In this document: positions 1 to 9,752 of the stretch, in pieces
Layout of the letters: each line of letters opens with the position of its first letter
How positions within the stretch are numbered: position 1 is the first letter of the stretch
Origin: Nitrospirota bacterium
Lineage (GTDB): Bacteria > Nitrospirota > UBA9217
DNA length: 64,000 nt
Assembly: GCA_963751455.1 (NCBI GenBank)
Contig: CAVVUN010000015.1
Coordinates: 736,001-800,000 of the forward strand
Reading direction: 5' to 3'
Program-made: the position numbers and the translations under genes
The notes under the pieces: model-generated
Seen by the model: the letters and a program-made list of their open reading frames with translations, nothing else
What the model was told of the DNA's origin: nothing
Database searches by the model: none

Positions 1-32
1 TTCTCTGTTTCCAGTCCATTCACAACAGGCAT
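1..32 (-). CDS. 5' end of a gene running off the window (MPVVNGLETE...), possibly OsmC-like
   Basis: ATG at 32 preceded by AGGAGG and a sigma54 promoter; only 10 codons visible. Confidence 0.5.
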   Translation of the reverse strand, partial: MPVVNGLETE

Positions 33-71
33 TTTTTTAGCCCTCCTTTTTGATCGTTCTAATAGACAGAC

Positions 72-88
72 TGCAAATCCTTTACCAA
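72..88 (-). promoter_or_regulatory. sigma54 (-24/-12) promoter
   Basis: TTGGTAAAGGATTTGCA (GG-N10-GC), downstream of a sigma54 activator gene; TGCAAA(A/T)TGCAA boxes at 209-220 and 296-307 may be activator sites. Confidence 0.6.
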
Positions 89-322
89 GTTTATGAAATG
101 AGAATTGCAAGGACATTTCACAGGGAATCGGAACGGATTTCAGGCGGTTATGGGATCAGCGCAGGGAAGGGGCTTTTACTCGTAATGCCGGCTTCTTTGC
201 CGGTCAACTGCAAAATGCAATGCATGAAAACAACGAAGAGGGGAGTTAGGGCGGAAAATATTGATTTCTTACAGGACTGGAAGTATCAAGAGGACTGCAA
301 ATTGCAATCTTTACGGATCGGG

Positions 323-1807
323 CTATTGCAATTTTCTCCAGATCGTGGTCGGGTCTACCCCGAGAAGCTTTGCTGCTTTCTTTTTGTTTCCACCCGAAAA
401 GTTCAGAACTTTCAGAATATGCTCTTTCTCGGCTCGTTCAAGAGTCCAATCCAAACCCACGTCATAGCTTGAAATTCCCATCCCCGTGGGAAGGTCTTCC
501 TTGCGGACTTCATTTGTTTCAGCGACAACGACGGCACGTTCCAGCGCGTTTTCCAGTTCCCGGATATTGCCGGGCCAGGTATGGCTGATGAGTGCGCTCA
601 TGGCTTCGTTCGCTATTCTCCGGACCTGCTTGTCAAGTTTTTTCCCGTATTTTGCGATAAAGTACCGGGCAAGTAGAGGTATGTCCTCCGCGCGGTCACG
701 GAGCGCGGGTAGATCGATCCGGATTACGTTCAGACGGTAATAGAGGTCTTCCCTGAAAAGCTTTTCTTTGATTGCTTCAGTCAAATCCTGGTTCGTTGCA
801 GCAATGACCCGAACGTCCACGGTTACGGGCACAGTGCTGCCGACGGGAAAGAAGGTCATGTCCTGGAGAACCCGCAGCAACTTCACCTGCAGGTTCTTGC
901 TCATGGCCTCGACTTCATCCAGAAACATCGTGCCCGTCGATGCCGCCTCGAACAGGCCCTTACGGTCGGTTGACGCGCCGGTAAATGAGCCACGCATATA
1001 ACCGAAGAGCTCCGATTCCAGAAGGTTCTCGTTCAGTGCCGCGCAGTTGACGGCAATGAATGGCTTGTCCTTCCTGATGCTGTTGAAATGGATGGCGCGT
1101 GCGATCAGCTCTTTCCCGGTCCCGCTCTCGCCGTAAATAAGGATGCTCGAAGGCACATCAAGGATTTTCCGCACGAGGTCCAGAACGGACAACATCTTTG
1201 GGCTGCTGGCAATAATGCCTTCGAAGTTAATGAGCCGGGAGCTTGCATCGGCCTCTTTTTTCGCCGTCTCGAAAATGCGCGCATTCTCGATCGCGAGGCC
1301 TATGGGCTGTGTTGCAGCCCTGAGAATTTCAAGGAGTTCAGTGTCCGGAGTGTACGCTTCATGTGTTATCACGCACAGGACCCCGACCACCTTGTTCCGG
1401 GCCTTGATGGGAAGGCCCGCATAAAACTCCATGTTCTCCTGTTTCAGCACTCCCCGCGTGAACCTTGGATCCAGCGAGGCTTTTTCCCGGATAATCACCT
1501 CCCTGTCGCACTGCGCAATGCTTCCGCACATGCACTCGCCTACCTTGACCTTGTTCTCACACAGGTCTTTCACGACCGCTTCGATCAAATTTCGGAATGC
1601 GACAGGCACCATTTCCATCGTGTCCTCGTTGATCACGTAAATGACCCCCGCATCCACGCCCATGAAGGCAATGACCTTGTCGAGCACATCGTCGAGGATG
1701 CTCTTGAGGTCGAGAGACTTGCCGACCGTCAGCGCAATCTCATACAGAATGGAAAGCTTTTTATTCTGCCGCTCTAATAGTTCGGGCGTTATCTCCGCAT
1801 TTTTCAT
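323..1807 (-). CDS. GAF-domain sigma54-dependent transcriptional activator (GAF-AAA+-Fis HTH)
   Basis: GESGTGKE Walker A, GSFTGA loop, FLDE Walker B, WPGNIREL, C-terminal HTH; N-terminal GAF. Confidence 0.95.
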   Translation of the reverse strand: MKNAEITPELLERQNKKLSILYEIALTVGKSLDLKSILDDVLDKVIAFMGVDAGVIYVINEDTMEMVPVAFRNLIEAVVKDLCENKVKVGECMCGSIAQCDREVIIREKASLDPRFTRGVLKQENMEFYAGLPIKARNKVVGVLCVITHEAYTPDTELLEILRAATQPIGLAIENARIFETAKKEADASSRLINFEGIIASSPKMLSVLDLVRKILDVPSSILIYGESGTGKELIARAIHFNSIRKDKPFIAVNCAALNENLLESELFGYMRGSFTGASTDRKGLFEAASTGTMFLDEVEAMSKNLQVKLLRVLQDMTFFPVGSTVPVTVDVRVIAATNQDLTEAIKEKLFREDLYYRLNVIRIDLPALRDRAEDIPLLARYFIAKYGKKLDKQVRRIANEAMSALISHTWPGNIRELENALERAVVVAETNEVRKEDLPTGMGISSYDVGLDWTLERAEKEHILKVLNFSGGNKKKAAKLLGVDPTTIWRKLQ

Positions 1808-1910
1808 CGTTCTATAGTAACGCCTTTTCCTTTAAAAGGAAAGAGGAGTAATGTGGTCTTTAAATAATAACCATATTTATAAAGCCACATACTAATTATA
1901 ATTTTAGGCC

Positions 1911-2015
1911 TGTAGCATTTCATTCAGCTTATTAATCAGACGCTCCGATATATGTGCGTGCTGTTTCTGTAACTACATGTAAAAAATGGAACAATAAAAC
2001 GGAATGAAAGATGCA
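1911..2015 (+). promoter_or_regulatory. putative activator box (1911-1926) and weak sigma54 promoter (2000-2015)
   Basis: reverse complement TGAATGAAATGCTACA matches TGTATCAAATACTACA at 13/16; CGGAATGAAAGATGCA has GG-N10-GC. Confidence 0.4.
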
Positions 2016-2057
2016 ATTAATTCTGCTGTCAAAATCACTTTAAGGAGGAGTCTGACA

Positions 2058-2462
2058 ATGAAGAAGCAAATGTCACTTATAACGATGTTCGTACTGTTCG
2101 CGGTTTTGCTGGGAGGGTGGTCATTCTCGAAAGGGTATGAATCGCAGAAGAAGGCAGGGGGGCTGGGTATTACGCTCAAGGCCGACCGTTACCCGCTTGT
2201 TAAAGGGGACAATAATTTGACCTTGATTATCACCGATGCCGCAGGAAAAGCGGTAACCGATGCCAAGGTGGAGGTTCGGTTCTTTATGCCGCCCATGCCC
2301 GGAATGGCGCCGATGGAGGACCGCGTTCAACCCAAGGCGAAAGGCAACGGTTATCCGTTCACGGTCAACCCGGGGATGGAAGGCGGATGGAAGGTTGAAG
2401 CAACGGTGGAGCAGCCAGGGAAGACATCCGCGACGGTTATCTTTAATCTTGACGCCCGGTAG
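2058..2462 (+). CDS. FixH/YtkA-like exported protein (probable copper binding)
   Basis: AGGAGG RBS, signal peptide, MPPMPGMAPM motif, GDN...DA.GKAVTDAKV...MEGGW pattern. Confidence 0.8.
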   Translation: MKKQMSLITMFVLFAVLLGGWSFSKGYESQKKAGGLGITLKADRYPLVKGDNNLTLIITDAAGKAVTDAKVEVRFFMPPMPGMAPMEDRVQPKAKGNGYPFTVNPGMEGGWKVEATVEQPGKTSATVIFNLDAR

Positions 2463-2514
2463 CGGGACGACGTACGTGCGATAAACGAGAACTTTCTAGA
2501 AAAAAGGAGATTCT

Positions 2515-2949
2515 ATGAACAGGATCGTATTTGCCATCTGTCTTATGGTCGCATTGAGTGCTGGAATCGCATTTGCAGAGATTACGTCCGGTCTCGGCCA
2601 TGACACGAACTCATCACAGCAGGGCCAGCATATGATGAGCGGTATGAGCGGCCATACCATGCATCATGAAACGATGGCCGATATGCCGGACCTGATCTCC
2701 CAAACGAACCAGATGCTGATGAAAATGACCCACGCGATTCCCATCACTCATGTTACCATCACCGAGCACGAGAATATGAAGGAAATGGGCGGTGTCATGC
2801 ATGAAATGGCCAAGGTGCTGAACGACCTGGCCACTTCCATGGACCAGGGAAAAATGGACAAGCAAGCACTTGATGTCATGCATGACCGGATAAAAGCATT
2901 GCAGCAGAAGATCGACAGTCCGCAGAAATATCCGCAGTCTGCACCCTGA
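2515..2949 (+). CDS. Met/His-rich periplasmic protein
   Basis: signal peptide ending AFA; many Met/His; C-terminal half similar to 11568..12002. Confidence 0.75.
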   Translation: MNRIVFAICLMVALSAGIAFAEITSGLGHDTNSSQQGQHMMSGMSGHTMHHETMADMPDLISQTNQMLMKMTHAIPITHVTITEHENMKEMGGVMHEMAKVLNDLATSMDQGKMDKQALDVMHDRIKALQQKIDSPQKYPQSAP

Positions 2950-2988
2950 GTAACGAGAATAACCATAGGTATAAGAAAGGGAGAAACT

Positions 2989-3213
2989 ATGCGCAATCAG
3001 AAGGGGGAAGTTGTAACCGGAGTAATGGTAGCCATGATGGTGATTATGATGCTCTTCGGCGGCATGCACTGGATGCACGGAGACCACCGGCATGGAAACG
3101 ATCATGACGGGAGCGAACACAAGCACGACCATCAGCACGATCAACAAAAAAAAGGAATGCATCAGATGCATCATGACGAGGGAGATCATTCTGGAGCTCA
3201 AGAAGAAAAGTGA
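2989..3213 (+). CDS. small His-rich membrane-anchored protein
   Basis: GGAG RBS; MRNQKG + hydrophobic Met-rich helix + His-rich tail; paralog at 8400. Confidence 0.7.
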   Translation: MRNQKGEVVTGVMVAMMVIMMLFGGMHWMHGDHRHGNDHDGSEHKHDHQHDQQKKGMHQMHHDEGDHSGAQEEK

Positions 3214-3351
3214 GGAATACTTACCTGGCCGCAATCGTTCAAATACATCTCAGTTCACTTTCGGTTCGCCATCCCGTTAAATAACCTAAAAAAGGGTTTG
3301 CACAATTCACGACCTGCAGATGTATAATGTGTAAACTTGAGGAGGGGAAAA

Positions 3352-4788
3352 ATGGACCAGGCTGACGAACCGGAACAAATTCAGGGAAGGCCGGACCTCG
3401 GGCTCAGGATAAAGGGAGATATACTGCCCGGGCAGGAGAAGACGATATCTGACGTAAATGTTCTTTTGAGCGAGCTGGCGGCAGCCCTCAAGCTCCTGTT
3501 CGAGCAGGGCTTCGAGCAGACCCGGGTATCGGACACAGTGAAAAACGACGCTTCCCAGATGGTAAACGCGGCAGACAAGACGAAAAACCTTGCTGCCCTG
3601 GTCTCGACGTCTATGAACGAATTAAGGACAGCCGTGGGTGTGCTTGCGGAAAGGGTCAATGAAACCGGCGGGGCGGGCGCCCGCGCGGGAGGTGCTGATT
3701 CCCTCCGGAATACGGATTCGTCCCTGGAAAGCGTCAAAAAACTGGCTTTGAGGATATCGTCATGGGCTGAAACGAACAAGATCTTGTCCGAGGCAGCGAA
3801 AGAAATGTCGGGGTTCATCAACGTTATAGACGATGTCGCGCAAAAGACGAACCTTCTTGCCCTCAACGCTGCGATCCAGGCAGCACGCGCCGGAGAGTAT
3901 GGAAGCGGGTTTGCGGTCGTAGCTGAAGAGATTCGGAAACTCTCGGACAGGACGGCCCAGTATACCGATGAGATATCCGGTACGCTCAACCTGATGAAGA
4001 AAAAGGCGGAAGACTCGGTCCTGAATATGGAAGATACACTTGCCATCGTGGCAGAAAGCATCGAGAAGGCCCAGGCTACGGACGACTCGCTGCGGGAGAT
4101 TGCTTCGAAAGCGTCACGGATTGCCGGGGAGGTGTCCTCGAACATGGATTCGGTGTCGGCTCAGGCCAACAACGCCCGGGTGCTTTCGGAGCGCATCTCC
4201 CAATCCGGGGAGGCGGTGGCCCGGAGCACCATGGATATCTACTCACAACTGTGCGCATTCAAGCTTAATGAGGCCGACCGGACGATTGAGGCATTTCTCG
4301 TGACTGCAGCGCGCGAGTTTCAGGAAAAGCTTGAGGCTGATATCGAGGCGGGAAGGGTCAGAATCGAAGATCTTTTCGATGAAAAATACATTTCGGATAA
4401 TGGAACCATATACAGAAACAGGGCGACACGATATTTCAACACCGCAATCCTTCCAAAGCTGAAGGGCTGGTCTTCGGCGAACTCACGAATTATTTATGTC
4501 GTCGTCATGGACCGAAAGTGTTTTATGCCGACGCACGTCAACCCGGCCCGCTCAGGTGTTATCATGAAGGACACCGTATCGCAGCGCGGTGCTCAATCCG
4601 GGAAAATTATCGGTCAGGCCTTCCGAAGGCCGATTGAGGCCGGGGGGGAGCTCGTCGTCGATATTGCCTGCCCGATTACGATCATGAAAAAACACTGGGG
4701 CTGTCTAAGGATAGGGTACCTTCCGGCGAATATAGCAAAGACGTTCGTTTCGGGGCGTAATAATTCCGTGTTGCCCGTATCAAGATAG
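3352..4788 (+). CDS. soluble methyl-accepting chemotaxis protein with C-terminal sensor-like domain
   Basis: [33 protein letters not shown] signalling motif; no obvious TM helix. Confidence 0.9.
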   Translation: MDQADEPEQIQGRPDLGLRIKGDILPGQEKTISDVNVLLSELAAALKLLFEQGFEQTRVSDTVKNDASQMVNAADKTKNLAALVSTSMNELRTAVGVLAERVNETGGAGARAGGADSLRNTDSSLESVKKLALRISSWAETNKILSEAAKEMSGFINVIDDVAQKTNLLALNAAIQAARAGEYGSGFAVVAEEIRKLSDRTAQYTDEISGTLNLMKKKAEDSVLNMEDTLAIVAESIEKAQATDDSLREIASKASRIAGEVSSNMDSVSAQANNARVLSERISQSGEAVARSTMDIYSQLCAFKLNEADRTIEAFLVTAAREFQEKLEADIEAGRVRIEDLFDEKYISDNGTIYRNRATRYFNTAILPKLKGWSSANSRIIYVVVMDRKCFMPTHVNPARSGVIMKDTVSQRGAQSGKIIGQAFRRPIEAGGELVVDIACPITIMKKHWGCLRIGYLPANIAKTFVSGRNNSVLPVSR

Positions 4789-4952
4789 CGTGACGTTCGT
4801 CCCAAAAGTCCTGCTTCTCGTAAGCAAACATAGAGAGCGGCAGTCCCATTGAACAAATTGATCGCTTGCTCCAGATTCTACAGGAGTAAGCGCAACATTC
4901 CCATTGATAAAGCGGAATCTGTCAATGACTTTGAGACACCCCGCGTCCGAAT

Positions 4953-5970
4953 TTAGTGTAGAACCGGTTCACTCTCGGGCGCTGGCTTCGGTTTATTGAT
5001 CCACGCGGCCTCCGGGATGACCGGCGGGACCGGTACTTTTCGTACAAAACGTTCCGGGTGGGCCTCATAAGCGATCCGCAGTACCTCTGCTCGGGCCTTC
5101 CGGACGTCATGGGCAAGGCCGTAGTGCATGGTTTCCGGGGTCAGCAGACCGATTCCCGAATGCCGATGCTCTTTGTTATACCACGGAAAGAACCCCTGAC
5201 AGTGATTCCTGCCATCCTCGATGCACCCGAACCGCTCAGGGAAGTCCGGACGGTACTTGAGGGTCTTGAACTGAGCCTCCGAGTACGGATTGTCATCGCT
5301 CGTATGGGGTCTGCTGTGGGTCTTGGTGATCCCCAGATCGGCCAACAGGAACGCCACCTGCTTCGATTTCATGGACGATCCCCGGTCCGCATGGATCGTG
5401 AGCTGGTCTCTGCCGATCCGCTGCTTGGCACAGGTCTCTTTGATCAGTTTCTCGGCCAGTGCCGCAGATTCCGCGGGGGCGACCATCCAGCCGACCACGT
5501 ACCGGCTGAAGATGTCCATGATCACGTAGAGGTAGAAATAGGTCCACTTGGCCGGGCCTAAGAGCTTGGTGATGTCCCATGACCAGACTTGATTCGGTCC
5601 GGTTGCCAGAAGCTCGGGCTTTTTATATACCGGGTGGCTCAGCTGGTTCCGGCGTTCTTTGACCTCACTGTTTTTATCGAGAATGCGGTACATGGTGCGG
5701 ATGGAACAGTGATATATCCCTTCATCCAGAAGGGTTGCGTAGACTTCATGGGGTGCCTTGTCCACGAACCGGTCGGAATGGAGGATAGTCGAGCACTTCC
5801 TGCCGTTCCTCAGGGGAAAGCGCCCGATGATGCCGCCGGCGCTCGTTCGGTACGGCATCCAAGTGCCTGCGCTTCTTCCGCTTACGGTAAAACGCCGCAC
5901 GGGAGACGCCAAGGGATTCGCAGGCAGGCCTGATCCCTACTTCAGGGGAAAGAGAGAGGGCGGTTTCCAT
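4953..5970 (-). pseudogene. IS3-family transposase OrfB (DDE), frameshifted near 5790-5880
   Basis: WSWDIT...DIFSR...HADRGS...DNPYSE; N-terminus METALSL in another frame. Confidence 0.85.
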
Positions 5971-6438
5971 CAGTCGTTCTCTCCTTCCTCGGGGGTCGAG
6001 AGCGGAATCCCCAATATCTGAGCAGCTTTTTTTTGAATATCGATGATGAGCTCGGCCCGCTTGAGGCGTCTCTCGAGCCGATTATTCTCCTTGCGGAGTT
6101 TTTCGTTCTCTACCTGGAGCGGATTGCTGCCCGATTCCTTCCGGCCGCGCTTCTTGGGAGAAAGGGCGGTCAGAACGCCCCGAGTTCATCTGCTTGCGCC
6201 AGGTGGTGAGGTTCGAGGCATACAACCCCTCGCGCCGAAGAAGGGCGCCTAAATCGGTGCAGGCATCGGCCTCTTTCAGGATGCGGCGCTTGTATTCAGA
6301 AGTAAAACGCCGCCTTGTGGCCTTCGTGGGGACTTCAGGGTCAGGGATGACCGTAGCTCCAGTCCCGTCCCAGGGAATCTCAGTCGCCCTCCGGGCTCCT
6401 TCGTTTCCCTGGGTTGCTTTGATCGTTTCAGCTATCAT
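5970..6438 (-). pseudogene. IS3-family OrfA, frameshifted near 6185
   Basis: PDPEV...RRRFTSEYKRRIL...LLRREGLY; homologous to intact 21961..22464. Confidence 0.8.
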
Positions 6439-6602
6439 AGTATTTTCTCCTCCCCGCCCTCTACTCTAATTTACCATAGGGGAGGTGTCTCACTTATATT
6501 GACACAGAGGGAGGCAAAACGGACCGGCAGACCGCGAAACGAAAAATTAAACCAACTCATTTGTGTGAAAAGCTTTGTGGGCTTGTTCGGCAGGTCAATT
6601 AA

Positions 6603-7100
6603 TCAATGTCCCATATGCCCCATTCCCATTCCGTGCCCGCTGTGCGGCCTCGCATATCGGCCGCGTCCCTCATAGCTGTCCCAGTGCCGTTCCTCTTCCC
6701 AGTGCCTCCAGTTTCTCTTCACCATATGATACGGCATGCGCTCATAGCCAGGAGGTACATTCCGATAATCAGGCGGTAAATTGATCAGCGGAGGCGGCAC
6801 GTTTCCGATCGCTACACGGCCCCACGCCCCGTTGTATTCGGCTGAGAAATACCATTCTCCTCTATAGGGTCGGTACCAGTATCCGCGGTAAAAGAAAAGT
6901 TCCGCTTCAACATCGGGTGCGAAATATGCGTAGCTTCCCGGGATAACGACCATTGCCGGCGGTACGGCAATTCCCAGTTCCGGAAGCAGAACAGTGACGT
7001 TAAGATTTACTCCTGCATTGCTTATTAATGGGTAGACAAGCCCGACAGACAAGCACCCTGCAAGCAGTACTATAACCATCCGTCTTTTCATAATGCTCAT
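6603..7100 (-). CDS. exported Pro/Tyr/Trp-rich hypothetical protein with His/Met-rich tail
   Basis: GAGGAGG RBS, signal peptide, C-terminal HSGHGMGMGHMGH. Confidence 0.75.
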   Translation of the reverse strand: MSIMKRRMVIVLLAGCLSVGLVYPLISNAGVNLNVTVLLPELGIAVPPAMVVIPGSYAYFAPDVEAELFFYRGYWYRPYRGEWYFSAEYNGAWGRVAIGNVPPPLINLPPDYRNVPPGYERMPYHMVKRNWRHWEEERHWDSYEGRGRYARPHSGHGMGMGHMGH

Positions 7101-7125
7101 CCTCCTCAAACTCTAAATCTACAAT

Positions 7126-7155
7126 ATAAGACGAAACAAAAACGAAAAGGTTACT
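7126..7155 (-). promoter_or_regulatory. ECF1-type promoter
   Basis: AGTAAC-N16-CGTCTTAT; same motif at 7241 and 9155. Confidence 0.7.
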
Positions 7156-7240
7156 GAAATTTGATTTTTCCCCAAAATTTCTGACTTTTCGGGAACAGTA
7201 CATATTAAAACGCTGTTTGATTAATAAAAATATTGTTGCC

Positions 7241-7270
7241 TGTAACTTTTCCGATTTGTTTTCGTCTAAT
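7241..7270 (+). promoter_or_regulatory. ECF1-type promoter
   Basis: TGTAAC-N16-CGTCTAAT. Confidence 0.7.
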
Positions 7271-7345
7271 GTCTGATTTGAGACTAAATCATCATTGCTG
7301 GAATGCAATGAACATTGCGGTAAAAGACTTGAAGGAGGTCTGAAA

Positions 7346-8389
7346 ATGAAAAGATGCGAGAATTACCAGGCAGTTTTGGCTCTTACGATTCTGATCGGTT
7401 CACTGTTCATGCTTTTTGGGTGCGGAGGAGCGGGCAGTGCGATTGCTCCCGGCACGAGAATGATCAGCGGAACGGCAGTCAAGGGCCCGGTAAACGGCGG
7501 GACGGTAACTGCATACGCAGTAATGAATGGGGCATCAGGCATGGAGTTAGCCAGCGGAACAACAGACACGCAGGGGAATTATCATATTTCAATCGGGGAT
7601 TATACGGGTCCCCTCATGGTCCAGTTGAGCGGCGGTACATATACGGATGAGGCGACCGGTGTTACGACTACCATGTTGCCAGGGGACGTCATGACAGCCG
7701 TCATTCCTTTCGTCTCTTCCGATGCCACAATAACTGCGATTCAAATAACACCCATCACGTCGATGGCCCAGGCAATGGCGCACAACATGCCTGGCGGTAT
7801 GACCGCTGCGAATATCTCGGCCGCTAGTACTGCAATAGGCAGTCACTTCATGGTATCCGATATTCTTCACACGCAGCCCATGAACCCCTTGGTGCAGGGC
7901 TCCGCACAGAATGCGACCCAGGACCAGCAGAATTACGGGATGGCCCTTGCCGCCATCTCCCAGTACGCGAAGAACGTCGGGATGGCATCGTCGTCGGGCA
8001 TGGTCACTTCCATGATGAAGGATGCATCCGACGGGATTCTGGACGGCATGACGGGAACCACACCGATAGTTATGGGCGGCACGATGGGCACGGGTGGGTC
8101 CATGATGCAGACGACTGCGGGAACGACCGGCATGGCAACCGCAATGCAGCAATTCATGGAGTCCATGATGAACAAATCGGGTCTTGGCATATCGGATATG
8201 CAGACGCTGATGAGCAATATCAGCTCGGACGGCCAACTCCTGTCGACCCTCAGTACGGGTATCGATGGCATGATGACAGGCGGTACCGGCACCGATGGTA
8301 TGATGATTGGCGGTACGGGTACTGATAGCATGATGACAGGCGGTACGGGTACCGGTGGAATGATGACAGGTACTGCAGGGTCCATTTAG
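7346..8389 (+). CDS. Met/Gly/Thr-rich lipoprotein
   Basis: GGAGG RBS, lipobox LFGC, ISGTAVKGPV beta-sandwich-like start, C-terminal GMMTGGTGT repeats. Confidence 0.8.
   Translation: MKRCENYQAVLALTILIGSLFMLFGCGGAGSAIAPGTRMISGTAVKGPVNGGTVTAYAVMNGASGMELASGTTDTQGNYHISIGDYTGPLMVQLSGGTYTDEATGVTTTMLPGDVMTAVIPFVSSDATITAIQITPITSMAQAMAHNMPGGMTAANISAASTAIGSHFMVSDILHTQPMNPLVQGSAQNATQDQQNYGMALAAISQYAKNVGMASSSGMVTSMMKDASDGILDGMTGTTPIVMGGTMGTGGSMMQTTAGTTGMATAMQQFMESMMNKSGLGISDMQTLMSNISSDGQLLSTLSTGIDGMMTGGTGTDGMMIGGTGTDSMMTGGTGTGGMMTGTAGSI
8265..8380 (+). repeat. about four 30-bp coding tandem repeats (GMMTGGTGTD)
   Basis: atgatgacaggcggtac... unit repeated with substitutions. Confidence 0.8.
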
Positions 8390-8399
8390 AGGCGAGCGT

Positions 8400-8615
8400 A
8401 TGCGTAATAAAAAAGGTGAAATTGTTATCGGCTTTGTGATAGCTATGATGGCTCTGATGATGTTCGGCGGCATGGTATGGAGACACAGTGAGCATGGCGG
8501 TGAGCGGGGTTCGTCAGGACATTGTATGCAGCTTCAACAGAGATATGACCATCAGGATGAAACCGGCCCGAGGGGACAGCTTCCTGCCGGGGAGGAAGGC
8601 AAGCAAAGAGATTAA
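8400..8615 (+). CDS. small membrane-anchored protein, paralog of 2989..3213
   Basis: MRNKKGEIVIGFVIAMMALMMFGGM closely matches MRNQKGEVVTGVMVAMMVIMMLFGGM. Confidence 0.7.
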   Translation: MRNKKGEIVIGFVIAMMALMMFGGMVWRHSEHGGERGSSGHCMQLQQRYDHQDETGPRGQLPAGEEGKQRD

Positions 8616-8675
8616 CTGCAGATGACCCGTTATCCTGATTTAATGAATAGACATAAAGGAAAAGAAATAATCACG

Positions 8676-8707
8676 GCAGTCGGATAAATGATCCGGCTGC
8701 TTTTTTG
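8676..8707 (+). terminator. rho-independent terminator
   Basis: GCAGTCGGAT-aaatg-ATCCGGCTGC followed by T-tract. Confidence 0.7.
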
Positions 8708-8793
8708 TCGTATTTATTAATGCTTGTATAGAAAAACAGCATCGCGTAATATATAAGATAATTCTGAAGAAAATAAACAACGAGAGAAATAGT

Positions 8794-9159
8794 ATGCGAT
8801 TTTCCCTAAACGTGATCCCCCTGATGTTATTCTTGTCACTTGTCAGCTGCGCGCCAAAGCATCACGGGCCTGAAGTAATGAAGGAAGGTGTTTTTTTTTC
8901 CTTTTATCAGCCGTCTGCAAAAAACGTAGCGATAGCCGGCAGTTTCAATGCCTGGGACATGCATAAAGACAGTCTCGCGGGACCGGACAAAAATGGCATG
9001 TGGAGCATTGTTGTTCCTCTGCATGAGGGGCGGTACGAATATCTCTTCGTCATTAACGGGAAAGACTGGCAGCCTGACCCTTCTGTTCCGGAAGTTGACG
9101 ACGGATTCGGCGGGAAGAACTCGGTTCTCCTTGTACCGGACGAACATGCCGGGCTGTAA
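8794..9159 (+). CDS. lipoprotein with CBM48/AMPK-type glycogen-binding-like domain
   Basis: lipobox LVSC; VAIAGSFNAW...G.W...L..GRYEYLFVING..W..DP...DDGFGGKNS. Confidence 0.85.
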   Translation: MRFSLNVIPLMLFLSLVSCAPKHHGPEVMKEGVFFSFYQPSAKNVAIAGSFNAWDMHKDSLAGPDKNGMWSIVVPLHEGRYEYLFVINGKDWQPDPSVPEVDDGFGGKNSVLLVPDEHAGL

Positions 9160-9185
9160 CCTTTTCGAGCCTTTCGTCGTCTAAT
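9155..9185 (+). promoter_or_regulatory. ECF1-type autoregulatory promoter
   Basis: TGTAAC-N17-CGTCTAAT ending 9 nt before the sigma ATG. Confidence 0.7.
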
Positions 9186-9194
9186 GAGTAATAC

Positions 9195-9752
9195 ATGAGT
9201 GCAGACATAGAAGAAGAATACGCAGTTATCCGGAAGTGCCTCGCCGGCGATCCTGACCAATATGCCATGCTGGTGGACACCTATAAAGACCTGGCATACA
9301 ACATCGCCTTTCGGATGCTCGGGGATGCAGATGCGGCCAAAGACATGGCGCAGGAAAGCTTCATTGCCGCTTACAAGGCACTCGAACATTTTAAGTTCAA
9401 TTCCAGGTTTTCGTCCTGGCTGTACCGGATCGTGGTGAACAAGTGCCGTGATCATTTCAGAGCCGGCAGGGAGACCGTGCCCGTGGATGAGATCTCCGAG
9501 TATGTCGCAGGACCTGACCGCTCGCCGGAGCAGGCCGCTGCCTCCCGCCAAACCGGGGATGCTGTTCAGCACGCGCTGAACGGACTCCCCCCTGACTACC
9601 GTGAGGTCATCATCCTGAAGCATATCGAAGGGCTCGATTATCAGGAGATCGCGGATTCCCTGGGGGTCTCCGTCAGCGCTCTCAAAGTACGGGCACACAG
9701 GGGAAGAGAGATGCTCAGAAAACTCCTGGAAGGAATGGGGGTTGCTTTATGA
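9195..9752 (+). CDS. ECF RNA polymerase sigma factor (ECF1)
   Basis: AKDMAQESF...FSSWLYRIVVN (region 2); LP..YREVIIL...YQEIA (region 4). Confidence 0.95.
   Translation: MSADIEEEYAVIRKCLAGDPDQYAMLVDTYKDLAYNIAFRMLGDADAAKDMAQESFIAAYKALEHFKFNSRFSSWLYRIVVNKCRDHFRAGRETVPVDEISEYVAGPDRSPEQAAASRQTGDAVQHALNGLPPDYREVIILKHIEGLDYQEIADSLGVSVSALKVRAHRGREMLRKLLEGMGVAL

Larger units (their letters stand above)
4920..6504 (-). mobile_element. IS3-family insertion sequence, full length
   Basis: imperfect terminal inverted repeats TGTCAATGACTTTGAGACACC / TGTCAATATAAGTGAGACACC enclosing orfA and orfB. Confidence 0.85.

Noticed and set aside
8265-8380. 30-bp tandem repeats as a possible array
   Set aside because: No unique spacers; they encode GMMTGGTGT repeats.
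7589-8473. Long His-rich antisense ORFs (also 2614..3234, 11011..11376)
   Set aside because: Shadow frames of Met-rich genes (ATG reads CAT on the opposite strand).
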